Source of the DNA: Pristiophorus japonicus | Lineage: Eukaryota | Direction of reading: 5' to 3' | Length of the DNA: 64,000 nucleotides | Assembly: GCF_044704955.1 (NCBI RefSeq) | Contig: NC_091980.1 | Location: forward strand, 215,202,001-215,266,000 | In this document: in pieces, positions 1 through 12,618 of the stretch | Numbering within the stretch: the first letter of the stretch is position 1 | Layout: each line of letters begins with the position of its first letter | Translations under genes and position numbers: made by a program | Notes under the pieces: generated by a model | Database searches by the model: none | What the model was told of the DNA's origin: nothing | What the model saw: the letters and a program-made list of their open reading frames with translations, nothing else

Positions 1-157
1 CATGGGAACACCACCACCTGTAAGTTTCCCTCCAAGTCGCACATCATCCTGACTTGCAAACATATTGCCATTCTTTCATCGTCCCTGGGTCAAAATCTTG
101 GGACTCCCTCCCTATCAGCACTGTGAGAGTATCTTCTCCACATGGACTGCAGCGGTT
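1..157 (+). mobile_element. 3' fragment of HER1-like (elasmobranch CR1-clade) LINE
   Basis: ...gggtcaaaatcttgggactccctccctatcagcactgtg...catggactgcagcggtt resembles the recalled HER1-type ORF2 end; related to the minus-strand copy at 62150-63228. Confidence 0.55.
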
Positions 158-769
158 AATCCACAAACATTTTAAAAATCAACTTAATTTAAGCGGTGTG
201 AGGTCCTTTATTTTATAAAACATTGTAGATTAACTCATTGGCGTTACTGTGGAATTGGAAGGCAACAACCCCCAATACTAAGTGAGAAACTATATTTGCC
301 TCGTCCTCTAAAATGTTGCAAATTGCAGCAACTAAATCATCAACATTAGAAATTTTCTCAGGGGGTATACTCCTAGATTGCCCAAGAACAGAAATCTCAT
401 GGTTTCAGTGGTGGTTTTGGCACTAAGAAGTTACAAAGCAAAGTCTCAGGTGACAGAGTGCTACGGGACTGGATATTGGCCTGCTAAGACCCCAAAATGA
501 TGGGCTGCAAGTGCATCACCCGCCATATTGGAACAAGAGGCGTCCTTTACCTATGCCTGAAGCAGGCATTAGGCCCCTTGCATATGCAAATAAAGGGCCT
601 AATACCCACTTGAGGTCCCCGCGTCAATACAGGTGGCACTCAGAGAAACTAGCCCTACAGAAAGCCTGCAACAAAGAAAGCAAGTAACCGAAATGAACGT
701 GGATCCAATAGGAGCAGGAAGGCTCTTCCTGAACCCATATTAAAGAACTCCCCTGATTGCCGGTGTTCC

Positions 770-1265
770 CTTCTCCCCACTCACGATATCCCCAACGTCT
801 GATCTCTCTCCCCCCAACCACGACCCAAGATCCTGATACCCATTTTCCAAACCCCAATGCTCAAAATCCCCGACTCCCATTCTAGCACCCCTCTACCCCA
901 AAATGCTCAATTCCCATTCTCCCAACACTGGCCCCGAAATCCTCGACTCCCGATCTCCCACACTCGGCCCTGAAAACACTAATTCAAAGTTTCCCAACCA
1001 CTAGCCCCGAGATGCCCAAACTTCCGATCTCCTTCACCCGATCCCGAGATCCCTGATTTCTATTCTTTCACCCAGGCCTCGAGGTGCCAAAACTTCCAAT
1101 CTCCTTTCCCAGACTCTGCGATGCCCGATTCCCATTCTCTCAGCTCCTCGGCCCGCGACTCCCATTCTCGAACTCCTTGACCCCAAGCTACCCGACTCCT
1201 GATCTCCCTCCCCCGGCACCACGCCTCGATCTCCCACTCACCCGCAGCCCCCACCACTCTCAATC
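770..1265. repeat. Degenerate C-rich short-period repeat (cccgatctccc / cgactcccattct)
   Basis: Repeated ccga(t/c)(c/t)ccc words with strong C-strand skew; overlapping ORFs are low complexity. Confidence 0.5.
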
Positions 1266-1773
1266 CCTCATTGCAGCAAAGTTTCCAGAAAGTTCAGTTA
1301 TTACACCCATTTTATAACAATACCTGCAGTAAGGGAATGCAAATGTGCATACTCAGGAAACTTGTGTGTAAAGACCCTTGGTGGGTCAAACACTTTTTTC
1401 AACCATGGTGTTAACTTATTTTGAGCACATTCTTTGCCAGGAAATCACATGAAGTGGAACGAAGTATTTATATTCCTTTGCCACATTTGAACTGAACATT
1501 TAATTTTGTGCCTCAATGCCTCCTTGAGGAATATTTATGTATTTTCTTTCCATGGTAAATCCAAACTAATTAATGGTGCTTTATCTACAGATAAATTACT
1601 TTAATTCTATCTTCTGAATTCAATCCTGAGGCAATAACCAGCATAGAGGACAGTGTCAATGTTCATATTAACACGAAATGTTCAAAGAATGGAGAACCAA
1701 TAGCACCCACTGAACATGAACTCCTCAAAAAGCACATTCCACATTGTCCTGCCGAGTTGAGGGAAGACATTTT

Positions 1774-2607
1774 GGGGCAGAAATTGCCCTCCACTAGAAA
1801 CGGGGCGCACCGACTGTTTTTGTTGTGTTCTGGCCGCCACAATGGATGCGACGCCCTATCCAGCGAAATTCAGCTCTTTGTCTTTTTATTTCGAGCGGGT
1901 CAGAAGTCGGTCATAAAGAGGGTGGAAGTAGGGGTGGGACGGAGTGACTGTCACTAGCGGGACGGAAGTGAGGGCAGGACGGAGAAGCCGCCGCTGTCAG
2001 TCATCAGTGCCGGGCTGGTGACATCTTCGCGCTGGCGCGTCACCACGTCTCTCCCCTTCAGTTAAAGGGGAGAACCACTGCAAACTCTGCGTTCATTTTA
2101 GTTAGGTCCACTGGGCCACCAGGGAGGGTTTCGGCCGGGCCAGCGGCCTGGCACCCAAGAGGGGGTGCCAGGCTGCCTGTTGGCGGCCCGGCCGAACCCG
2201 GGGACATAACTGTTGGGCCAACCTGGCAGTCGGCCGACAAAAAAGAAAATGCTGTTGCCAGCAGTGCCACCTCCCCTTTAAGGGCAGCCGCGCCGCCGAT
2301 CAACAAGGAACACCGACACAAAAAGCTGTTGGGCACCGAACGGCGGTCGCAAGACTTTTGGAGGTGAATTATGCTTCAGGGGCGGGACATCGATGGTGAG
2401 CGATCTGATGACGCACTTAGGAGGCTTTTGCAGCAGCGGGGCAGAAGTGGGGGAGCGGGGCAGATATGGTCACCACCAGAAAAACGCTCGAGGGCAATTG
2501 TGCAAACGACGGACATTCCACAAAAAATCGGCGGCCATTCCGCAATGAGCCCTGGCCACTGCTTTCCGGCCGCAAGAGGCCTTAACGAAAGGGGCAATTT
2601 CGGCACC
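1774..2607. mobile_element. Harbinger-type MITE
   Basis: TIRs GGGGCAGAAATTGCCC ... GGGCAATTTCGGCACC (14/16 match); GC-rich non-coding interior similar to 38008-38350 and 47263-47776. Confidence 0.7.
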
Positions 2608-2611
2608 AATA

Positions 2612-3449
2612 GGGCTCAATTTACCCCAATTATCAGCACAGTTTTTTTGGCGTGCACCGTTTTTTTGGGAGTAAATTAAAATCTCCAAGTTTCCGCGCCA
2701 GCGTAATTCACTAAGGTACAATTTTTTTATTTCATTGGGCGCGTAACCTGCCACTCGTGCCAATTCTGGCCATTTACACAAATTTGGCAAACTACGATTT
2801 TTGTGAAGACTGCATATGTGACCGCTCTGGGCTGTTAACAAAATCAATGCAGGTAAGAGAATCAGTGCAGAAGATCCAGTTCCACGGCCGGGACAGCAGC
2901 AGCAGAGAGGGGGAGAGAGAGTGGGGGAGGGGGTCATTCGGTCAGGGCTAGGAACGGCACCGGCTCCAGGGAAGGGAGGCCTTTCGGCCTGGGCTAGAGG
3001 CGACACCGGGCACCAGCGGGGAAGGAGGCCTTTCGGCCTGGGCTTGGAGCAGCACCAGCCGGGTGGGGGGGAGGGGGCCTTTCCAATTCAGGTTACAGGA
3101 TAAACTCTTGGCACAAAGACTCTTTAATATTTTCATGTTGGTAAGCTGCTGCCTTAAATAACTGCAATGTGTAAGGTGCTTGTGCAGGTTGCAGTGAGCT
3201 GGCCAGAATGTCTTGTATGTTTCACTTTCCAGCCTCAGCCCGCAGTATGTCCCGCGTTATCCTGGCAACCCGATCTTTTTGGCGCACATCTTAGGCTGCA
3301 CCCATAGAACTTAAGGACAATGTGCGCCACATTCACAAGTAAAAACGGGGAAACTTTCAACTTTTTTTCTGGCGTAGTCGGGCCCCCAAAAAATGGGCGT
3401 AACTCTTCAAATACGTTTAAAAAAAAAAGCATTGGAGAAAATTGAGCCC
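2612..3449. mobile_element. Harbinger-type MITE abutting the previous one
   Basis: TIRs GGGCTCAATTTACCCCAA ... TTGGAGAAAATTGAGCCC (16/18 match). Confidence 0.7.
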
Positions 3450-3597
3450 AGAGTAATTAGCCAGAGCGGCTGGTGAGGCAGAACGTCTTTAATACCGGTG
3501 GCTGATGGTGACATGGACTCTGTGCCTTACAGCCAGACTGTCGGAATGGCAGGTGACGCCCACAACTTTTTGAAGCATTTGGGAGAAGGATATTACC

Positions 3598-3910
3598 AGC
3601 CTGAGAGCATGTCCCAAGGTGCTTCACACTGAATTTCTTTTGAAATGTTGTCACATTGTTTTGTAGGCAAATGCAGAAGTGCACAACAAAGTGACAGAAA
3701 TAGTAATGAGATGAAGGACCAGTTTATTTCTTTTGAAGAAATATTTTACATCCATCTGAACAGGCCTTGGGTTAAGGTCTCATTCAAAGGAAAGGACCTC
3801 CAACAATGCAGAACTCCCTCATTAGTGCATTGAAGTACTCACTTCCTAGATTAGTGTTTGACCCGACAACCTTCTGACTCAGAAGCATGAGCGCGACCAC
3901 TGAACTAATT
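3598..3910 (-). mobile_element. tRNA-derived Deu-domain SINE (SacSINE1/AmnSINE1-like), degenerate
   Basis: The minus strand has a tRNA-like head (TTAGTTCAGTGGT...GAGTCAGAAGGTTGTCGGGTCAAA), a Deu-like core (TTGGAGGT...TTTGAATGAGACCTTAACCCAAGGCC) and a tail ...TGTGAAGCACCTTGGGACAT. Recognised from memory of the consensus. Confidence 0.6.
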
Positions 3911-3936
3911 TGACACTTGGCTAATGCAGTTTCATT

Positions 3937-6900
3937 GGGGTCAAGTTTCGGCCGCCCGCTAGAACGGCGCTCATCGGAGAGGCCCGCTTAATTTATAGAA
4001 CAAATAGATAGGCGTTTCTGCGGCCACAACCAAGACTCCAGGATGGTATGTTGCCTCCATGGTGCAAGGGTCAAGGATGTCTTGGAACGGGTGCAGGACA
4101 TTCTGAAAAGTGAGGGTGAACAGCCAGTTGTCGTGATGCATATAGGTACCAACGATATAGGTATAAAATGGGATGAGGTCTTAGGAGACGAATTTAGGGA
4201 GCTAGGAGTTAAATTAAAAAGTAGGACCTCAAAAGTAGTAATCTCAGGATTGCTACCAGTGCCACGTGCTAGTCAGTGTAGGAATTGCAGGATAGCTCAG
4301 ATGAATACATGGCTTGAGAAATGGTGCAGGGAGGGATTCAAATTCCTGGGACATTGGAACCGGTTCTGGGGGAGGTGGGACCAGTACAAACCGGACGGTC
4401 TGCACCTTGGCAGGATCGGAACCAAACTCCTTGGGGGAGTGTTTGGTAGTGCTGTTGGGGAGGAGTTAAACTAATATGGCAGGGGGATGGGAACCTATGC
4501 AGGGAGACAGAGGGAAATAGAAGGGGGCAGAAGCAAAAGATAGATAGGAGAATAGTAAAAGTGGAGGGCAGAAAAACGAAGGCAAAAAGCAAAAAAGGCC
4601 ACATTACAGCAAGATTCAAAAGGGGCAAAGTGTGTTAAAACGACAAGCCTGAAGCTCTGTGCCTCAATGCGAGGAGTATTCTGAATAAGGTGGATGAATT
4701 AACTGCGCGGATAGCAGTTAACGGATACGATGTGATTGGCATCACGGAGACATGGCTCCAGGGTGACCAAGGCTGGGAACTCAACATCCAAGGGTATTCA
4801 GCATTTAGGAAGGATAGACAGAAAGGAAAAGGAGACGGGGTGGCGTTGCTGGTTAAAGAGGAAATCAATGCAATTGTAAGGAAGGACATTAGCCTGGATG
4901 ATGTGGAATCAGTATGGGTGGAGCTGCAGAATTCCAAAGGGCAGAAAATGCTAGTGGGAGTTGTGTATAGACCACCAAATAGTAATAGTGAGGTTGGGGA
5001 CAGCATCAAACAAGAAATAAGGGATGTGTGCAATAAAGGTACAGCAGTAATCATGGGCGACTTTAATCTACATATAGATTGGGCTAACCTAACTAATAAC
5101 AATGCGGTGGACGCGGATTTCCTGGAGTGCATTAGAGATGGTTTTCTGGACCAATATGTCGAGGATCCAACTAGGGAGCTGGCCATCCGAGACTGGGTGA
5201 TGTGTAATGAGAAGGGATTAGTTAGCAATCTTGTTGTGCGAAGCCCTTTGGGGAAAAGTGACCATTATATGGTAGAGTTCCTTATTAAGATGGAGAGTGA
5301 CAAAGTTAATTCGGAAACTAGGGTCCTGAACTTAAGGAAAGGTAACTTCGACGGTATGAGGTGTGAATTGGCTAGAACAGACTGGCAAAGGATACTTAAA
5401 GGGTTGATGGTGGATAAGCAATGGCAAACATTTACAGATCACATAGATGAACTTCAGCAATTGTACATCCCTGTCTGGAGTAAAAATAAAACTGGGAAGG
5501 TGGCTCAACCATGGCTAACAAGAGAAATTAAGGATAGTGTTAAAATCAAGGAAGAGGCATATAAATTGACTAGAAAAAGCAACAAACAAACCTGAGGACT
5601 GGGAGAAATTTAGAATTCAACGAGGAGGACTAAGGGTTTATTAAGAAGGGGAAAATAGAGTACGAAAGGAAGCTTGCAGGGAACATAAGAGCTGACTGCA
5701 AAAGCTTCTATAAGTATAGGAAGAGAAAAAGATTAGTAAAGACAAACATAGGTCCCTTGCAGTCGGATTCAGGTGAATTTATAAAGAAATGGCAGACCAA
5801 TTGAACCAATACTTCGGTTCTGTCTTCACAAAGGAAGATACAAATAACCTTCCGAATGTACTAGGGGACAGTGGGTCTAGTAAGAATGAGGAACTGAAAG
5901 ATATCCTTATTAGGCGGGAAATTGTGTTCGGGAAATTGATGGGATAAATCCTCAGGTCCTGATAGTCTACATCCCAGAGTACTTAAGGAAGTGGTCCTAG
6001 AAATAGTAGATGCATTGGTGATCATTTTCCAACAGTCTATCAACTCTGGATCAGTTCCTATGGACTGGAGGGTAGCTAATGTAACGCCACTTTTTAAAAA
6101 AGGAGGGAGAGAGAAAGTGGGTAATTATAGACCGGTTAGCCTGACATCAGTGGTGGGGAAAATGTTGGAATCAATCATTAATGATGAAATAGCAGCCCAT
6201 TTGGAAAGCAGTGATAGGATCAGACCGAGTCAGCATGGATTTATGAAAGGGAAATCATGCTTGACGAATCTTCTGGAATTTTTTGAGGATGTAACTAGTA
6301 GAGTGAACAAGGGAGAACCAGTGGATGTGGCGTATTTGGACTTTCAAAAGGCTTTTGACAAGGTCCCGCACAAGAGATTGATGTACAAAATCAAAGCGCA
6401 TGGTATTTGGGGTAATGTACCGACGTGGATAGAGAACTGGTTGGCAGACAGGAAACAGAGAGTCTGGATAAACGGGTCCTTTTCAGAATGGCAGGCAGTT
6501 ACTAGTGGGGTGCCGCAGGGCTCAGTGCTGGGACCCCAGCTCTTTACAATATACATTAACGATTTGGATGAAGGGATAGAGTGTAATATCTCCAAGTTTG
6601 CGGATGACACTAAACTGGGTGGCGATGTGAGCTGTGAGGAGGACGCTAAGAAGCTGCAGGGTGACTTGGACCGATTAGGTGAGTGGGCAAATACATGGTA
6701 GATGCAGTATAATGTGGATAAATGTGAGATTATCCATTTTGGGGGCAAAAACATGAAGGCAGAATATTATCTGATTGGCGGCAGACTAGAAAAAGGGGAG
6801 GTGCAACGAGACCTGGGTGTCATGGTTCATCAGTCACTGAAAGTGGGCATACAGGTACCGCAGGCGGTAAAGAAGGCAAATGGTATGTTGGCCTTCATAG

Positions 6901-8097
6901 CTAGGGGTTTTGAATATAGGAGCAGGGAGGTCTTACCGCAGTTGTACAGGGCCTTAGTGAGGCCTCACCTGGAATATTGTGTTCAGTTTTGGTCTCCTAG
7001 TCTGAGGAAGGACATTCTTGCTATTGAGGGAGTGCAGCGAAGGTTCACCAGACTGATTCCAGGGATGGCTGGGCTGTCATATGAGGAAAGACTGGATCAA
7101 CTGGGCCTTTATTCACTGGCGTTTAGAAGGATTAGAGGGGATCTCATAGAATCATGTAAGATTCTGATGGGACTGGACAGGTTAGATGCGGGAAGAATGT
7201 TCTCAATATTGGGGAAGTCCAGAACTAGGGGACATAGTCTTAGGATAAGGAAGAAGACATTTAGGACTGAGATGAGGAGAAACTTCTTCACTCAGAGAGT
7301 TGTTGACCTGTGGAATTCCCTGCCTCAGAGAGTTGTTGATGCCAGTTTATTGGATATATTCAAGAGGGAGTTAGATATGGCCCTTACGGTTAAGGGGATC
7401 AAGGGGTATGGAGAGAAAGCAGGAAAGGGGTACTAAAGGAATGATCAGCCATGATCTTATTGAATGGTGATGCAGGCTCGAAGGGCCGAATGGCCTACTC
7501 CTGCACCTATTTTCTATGTTTCTATCTTCTTCTCTTCCCCACCCCTTCTTCTTCTCTTCCCCCCCATCTTCTTCTCTTTCCCCCCCCCCCCCCACCTTCT
7601 CCCTCGTGCTGCAGTAGGTGAGTAGAAATATTTTTTTATTTATTGAGTGATTTTTAATTTTTTTTTTAAATTTATTTGGATTGATTTATTGGTTTATTTA
7701 TTGATTTATTTATCATTTATTATTGATGATGGCTCTTTATTTGTAAAAGTGAAGTGTTTAATGTTTGTAAACCCCCCCCCCCCCACCCCGTTCCCTACTA
7801 GATTTGTAACCTGCGCCTGATTTTCTAAGTAGGCAAGGTTTTTCTGAGCATACAAAAATCTACACTTACTCCATTCTAAGTTAGTTTGGAGCAAGTTTTT
7901 GCTGCCTAAACTTGCAAAACAGGCGTAAGTGGCCATACATGCCTCCTTTTGAAAAAAAAATCTGTTCTAAAATGAAACTGTTCTAACTTACTAGAACTGG
8001 AGCAAACTAAAGGCCGAGAATTGCAATTTCTAAGATACTTCATTCTAAACTAGTTGCTCCAAAAAAATAGGTGCAACTCAGGCCGAAACTTGACCCC
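3937..8097. mobile_element. Harbinger-type MITE interrupted by a CR1 LINE
   Basis: Perfect 17-bp TIRs GGGGTCAAGTTTCGGCC ... GGCCGAAACTTGACCCC; flanks ATT/ATA. Confidence 0.8.
4004..7525 (+). mobile_element. CR1 LINE, 5'-truncated: ORF1 esterase end plus disrupted ORF2 (AP endonuclease, RT)
   Basis: ORF1 4043-4474 has SGNH motifs (HIGTND, DGLHL). ORF2 pieces include [36 protein letters not shown] and FADD, with frameshifts and stops; TTCTATGT tail. Confidence 0.95.
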
Positions 8098-8789
8098 ATA
8101 ATCTCTGGCCTGTACACTGCCAAAAGGAAGAGTACTGCTGCTCAGTAATAAACAGTGACTTTCAAATACTATGGATTCAATATGAACAGATATTGTACAG
8201 AACTGGGATTAGTGGACTATATTCCAGAACGACTTCAGGAAATGGTTCTGTGATATTAATGCACAATGTAATAGCAAAATGACAAGTAAATAATCAATTT
8301 AAATCTTGCAAGTTTTCTGCTCACAACTGAGTGACAAGAAAAGCCACGCTTATGTTTCAGTTCTATGCACCAGGTTGTAAGCCTAAAAATAGCAGCTTAT
8401 GATATGGATTTTGTCAGACTGGAGAAAAGGAAAAGAAAACTGGTACTGGATACACTTGTAATTAAATTTGTTTCATTCATGACTATAACGTATCACATAG
8501 AAATTGCTGTTTACATGAATAATGAAGATAACACAGCTTGTCCTTTTAGGCTAAGATAAATATTAGATATGATTCAACCTATAACTTATTTGTTTACAAG
8601 TTTTCAGTGGCAGCTATTCTAGTGTGCCCCTTGTTGATAACAATCAAACGTTGAAGGTTTATTTGTCTCTTTGACTTCATATCAGGCTTTTTAAAAAATT
8701 CTTGTAGAAAATAGGGGAGCAGTTCAAATTATTGTTTAAAAAGTCTATACTTTGTTTTATTTGGAATGAGTTGCTTAGTAAATTGTATG

Positions 8790-8937
8790 TACTATAAAGG
8801 TGCTGGAGCTGATTCCATAAATAATTTTAAAAGGGAGCTGGGCAGGTACTTGAGGATGAGGAATTTGCAGGGATATGGAGAGAAAGCACAAGTGCTCTTC
8901 TAAAGAGGCACAATGGGCCAAATGGTCTCCTTCTGTG
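8790..8937 (+). mobile_element. Old CR1 3' end, split by the Gypsy element (continues 12388-12414)
   Basis: ...ggatatggagagaaagcac...aatggtctccttctgtg | ctgcaagtttgtatgattctat. Confidence 0.6.
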
Positions 8938-11900
8938 TATATATATGTATACTATAGATATACTCTCTGTGTAGTCACTGTATAGTTACATAAGATGGAG
9001 ACTTGGTACCTCCGGTAAACATCAACAAGGTTCACACTGTATACACTATGCTGGCACCACCAGAGGGTGCAACTGGTGGAGGCCCAGGGGTCACCTGTAC
9101 ACCACAGATACCCAGGTATAAAAGGGAGTCCACTATGTGGTATCCTCACTCTGGAGTTATATTAAATGGACTAAGGTCACTACAGTTCAAGTACAATACT
9201 TTGCCTCATGGAGTCATTATCAGAGCATCTAAAGACATAACAACTGGTGATGAGATTACGGACTTTCGTGCAAATATGGCTAACCTTGGTACGTTGCAAC
9301 AGTTCACCGATGGGGATGATTGGGATGCCTTTGTGGGGAGGCTCGACCATTTCGTCACAGCCAACGACCTGGCAGGCGATGATCTGGCCACGTTGACTGA
9401 TCACAGCCAGACACCGGTTTTACACCCACCAATGGCCTGAAGGCCAGGAAATCGCGAAATATGCTGCAGACCTCAAGAGGCTGGCAGCACCATGAGATTT
9501 CGGCGGACACTTCACCGAAGCGATGCGGGATATCTTGGTCATCAGAATCGGCCACGAGGACCTTCTTCACAGGCTACTATCTGCGGATACCACAGTCACA
9601 CTGCAGAAGGCCATCACCATGAGCCAAGCATTCATGACCTCGACCTGCGGCTCTAGGCGGGTGACTCCTCCTCAGGACTCAAACCTGGCAAGTACGGTAC
9701 ACATACTGGTGCCTTTTAGAGGCAGGACTGTAGAACATGAATCTCCTCAGAGGAGACAGAACAGGCCTCCGAGTCCCTTAACTCTGAGTCCGCTGAGGGG
9801 GGCTAATTGGTTAGCACCATGCTGGCATTGCGGCGGAAATCAGCGGGCTCACCAGTTTTAAGGACTACGTGTGCAAAGGATGCAGCACAAAGGGCCGCCT
9901 CCAGCGAATGTGTAAAAGAAATAGGACTCACCGTGTTGATGAAGAGTCTGCAGAGGGCCATGAATCCAGCGCAGATTATGAAGAGGTGGTCAGAGAGGCA
10001 GCTCAGCCCCACGATGAGGTGTACGGAATGTTTACCTGAACCACAGATTGTTCCCCGTTGAGAATGGAAGTCGGGATAAAGGCGCTCCAGTCTTCATGGA
10101 GGTGGACACGGGGGCGAGCCAATCAGTAATGGCTTTTCAGAGTGACAGGCAGTGACTAGTGGAGTGCCGCAGGGCTCAGTGCTGGGACCCCAGCTCTTTA
10201 CAATATACATCAATGATTTAGATGAAGGAATTGAGTGTAATATCTCCAAGTTTGCAGATGACACTAAACTGGGTGGCGGTGTGAGCTGTGAGGGAGACGC
10301 TAAGAGGCTGCAGGGTGATTTGGACAGGTTAGGTGAGTGGGCAAATGCATGGCAGATGCAGTATAATGTGGATAAATGTGAGGTTATCCACTTTGGGGGC
10401 AAAAATGCGATGACAGAATATTATCTGAATGGCGGCAGATTAGGAAAAGGGGAGGTGCAATGAGACCTGGGTGTCATGGTACATCAGTCATTGAAAGTTG
10501 GCATACAGGTACAGCAGGCGGTGAAGAAGGCAAATGGTATGTTGGCCTTCATAGCTAGGGGATTTGCGTATAGGAGCAGGGAGGTCTTACTGCAGTTGTA
10601 CAGGGCCTTGGTGAGGCCTCACCTGGAATAGTGTGTTCAGTCTTGGTCTCCTAATCTGAGGAAGGACGTTCTTGCTATTGAGGGAGTGCAGCGAAGGTTC
10701 ACCAGACTGATTCCCGGGATAGCAGGACTGACATATCAGGAGAAACTGGATCGACTGGGCCTCAATTCATTGGAGTTTAGAAGGATGAGAGAGGATCTCA
10801 TAGAAATATACAAGATTCTGACGGGACGGGACAGGTTAGATACAGGTAGAATGTTCCCGATGTTGGGGAAGTCCAGAACCAGGTGACACAATCTTAGGAT
10901 AAGGGGTAGGCCATTTAGGACTGAGATGAGAAGAAACTTCTTCACTCAGAGAGTTGTTAACCTGTGGATCCCTGCCGCAGAGTCTCGTTGATGCCAGTTC
11001 ATTGGATATATTTAAGAGGGAGTTAGACATGGCCCTGACGGCTAAGGGGATCAAGGGATATGGAGAGAAAGCAGGAAAGGGATACTGAGGGAATGATAAG
11101 CCATGATCTTATTGAATGGTGGTGCAGGCTCGAAGGGCTGACTGGCCTATTCCTGCACATATTTTCTATGTTTCTATGAATCAAGAAGCCTTTGAGAGGC
11201 TATGGGACAATCAAACTGAACGACCCAAGTTGGTCCCGGTTGAAGCAAAGCTGCTCACCGAACCAATGAACTTATCCCAGTCATTGGTAGTGCGAATGTT
11301 AAGGTACTCCATGATGGCACGGTGCACAAGTTACCACTGTAGATTGTTGCAGGTGATGGACCAACGCTACTCGGAAGAAGGTGGATGGAGAAGATCCATT
11401 GGAGCTGGGAATATTTCATCCCTCCAGCGATCGACGGCCCCCATGCTCAGAGGCAAAGCAAGCCCCCACCTGAGGTTGGATTCAGCACCAGAGAGCAGAC
11501 CAGCACAGCACCCGAGGCACAGACCGCTCAGCACGACGCAGCTGGATCATCTCCGCGCAGATGATCCGAACGCACCTTCCAGGCTCTAGGGGCAGGACTC
11601 CGGAGGAAGAAAATCGCATCCAAAGGTGACTTCCCAGCTTCGGTAGCTGAACCCGGGGAGAAGAGGATCACAGCATCTGACATCGTGGATGGAAGAAAGA
11701 AGGTGCCCAAACCACGAGGTGAAGTGCTGAAGGAAAAGATGGCGGCAGCCAGACTACGAGGTGCAGCGCTGATGGAGCAACAAGTGGTACCAAGCAAAGA
11801 AGAGGATTGGGGTAAAGATAGCAAGGCTCTCTTAAAGGAGGCCAGCAACCCACCACACTTAAAGGGACAGTCCCACATTCTCACTCAATGTAATAACAAC

Positions 11901-12387
11901 TGTGAGCTAAATGTAAAGCTTGTAATTGATGATCAGAATTTTATACATGTAATAAGCAAAGAAAAGTTAACAGGGAGCAAGCCAAGCTAAAGCACAGCCA
12001 AGGTGCAAGGGCTATTGGCACTTAAGTCTGGGGAGAGCTAAGCCAGAGCACATAGTGTAAAGGTATTGGCACAAAAGACTTGGGAGAGTGATATATATGT
12101 ATACTATAGATATACTCTCTGTGTAGTCACTGTATAGTTGCATAAGATGGAGACTTGTTTACCGGAGGTACCATCAACAAGGTTCACACTGTATGCTGGC
12201 ACCACCAGAGGGTGCAACTGGTGGAGGCCCAGGGGTCACCTGTACACCACAGGTACCCAGGTATAAAAGGGAGTCCACCATGTGGTATCCTCATTCTGGA
12301 GTTATATTAAATGGACTAAGGTCATTACAGTTCAAGTACAATATTTTGCCTCGTGGAGTCATTATCAGAGCATCTAAAGACATAACA
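8938..12387 (+). mobile_element. Gypsy-type LTR element with gag and protease only (no RT, RNase H or integrase)
   Basis: LTRs 8938-9242 and ~12092-12387; 5-bp TSD CTGTG; degenerate PBS TGGTGATGAG; gag MANLGTLQQFTDGDDWDAFV, zinc knuckle CWHCGGN, protease VDTGASQS. Confidence 0.9.
10132..11178 (+). mobile_element. CR1 LINE 3' fragment inserted in the Gypsy protease
   Basis: RT motifs [10 protein letters not shown] and FADD; TTCTATGT tail. It interrupts aatcagtaATG|aatcaagaag, which is uninterrupted in the related copy at ~17055-17075. Confidence 0.92.
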
Positions 12388-12618
12388 CTGTGCTGCAAGT
12401 TTGTATGATTCTATGGGGACGAAATTCAGTCGTGCCTCATTTGGGACGGTAATTTTTCACTTTGAAAAAATTTAGCACCCAGCGAATTGCCTTGCCAAAT
12501 TGTGGGAAATTAGCCTTTTCGCCTCAAGACCTCAAGAGTGAAGGTGGCGGAGCGGCGGGTGGGGTGGGGATGGTAATTGAAGCGCTAATGACTTCAGCTG
12601 GGGACTGCAGGGGTGCTA

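Noticed and set aside
770-1265. A second hyperedited segment
   Set aside because: It is C-rich, but I cannot align it to an unedited counterpart; it looks like a degenerate simple repeat.
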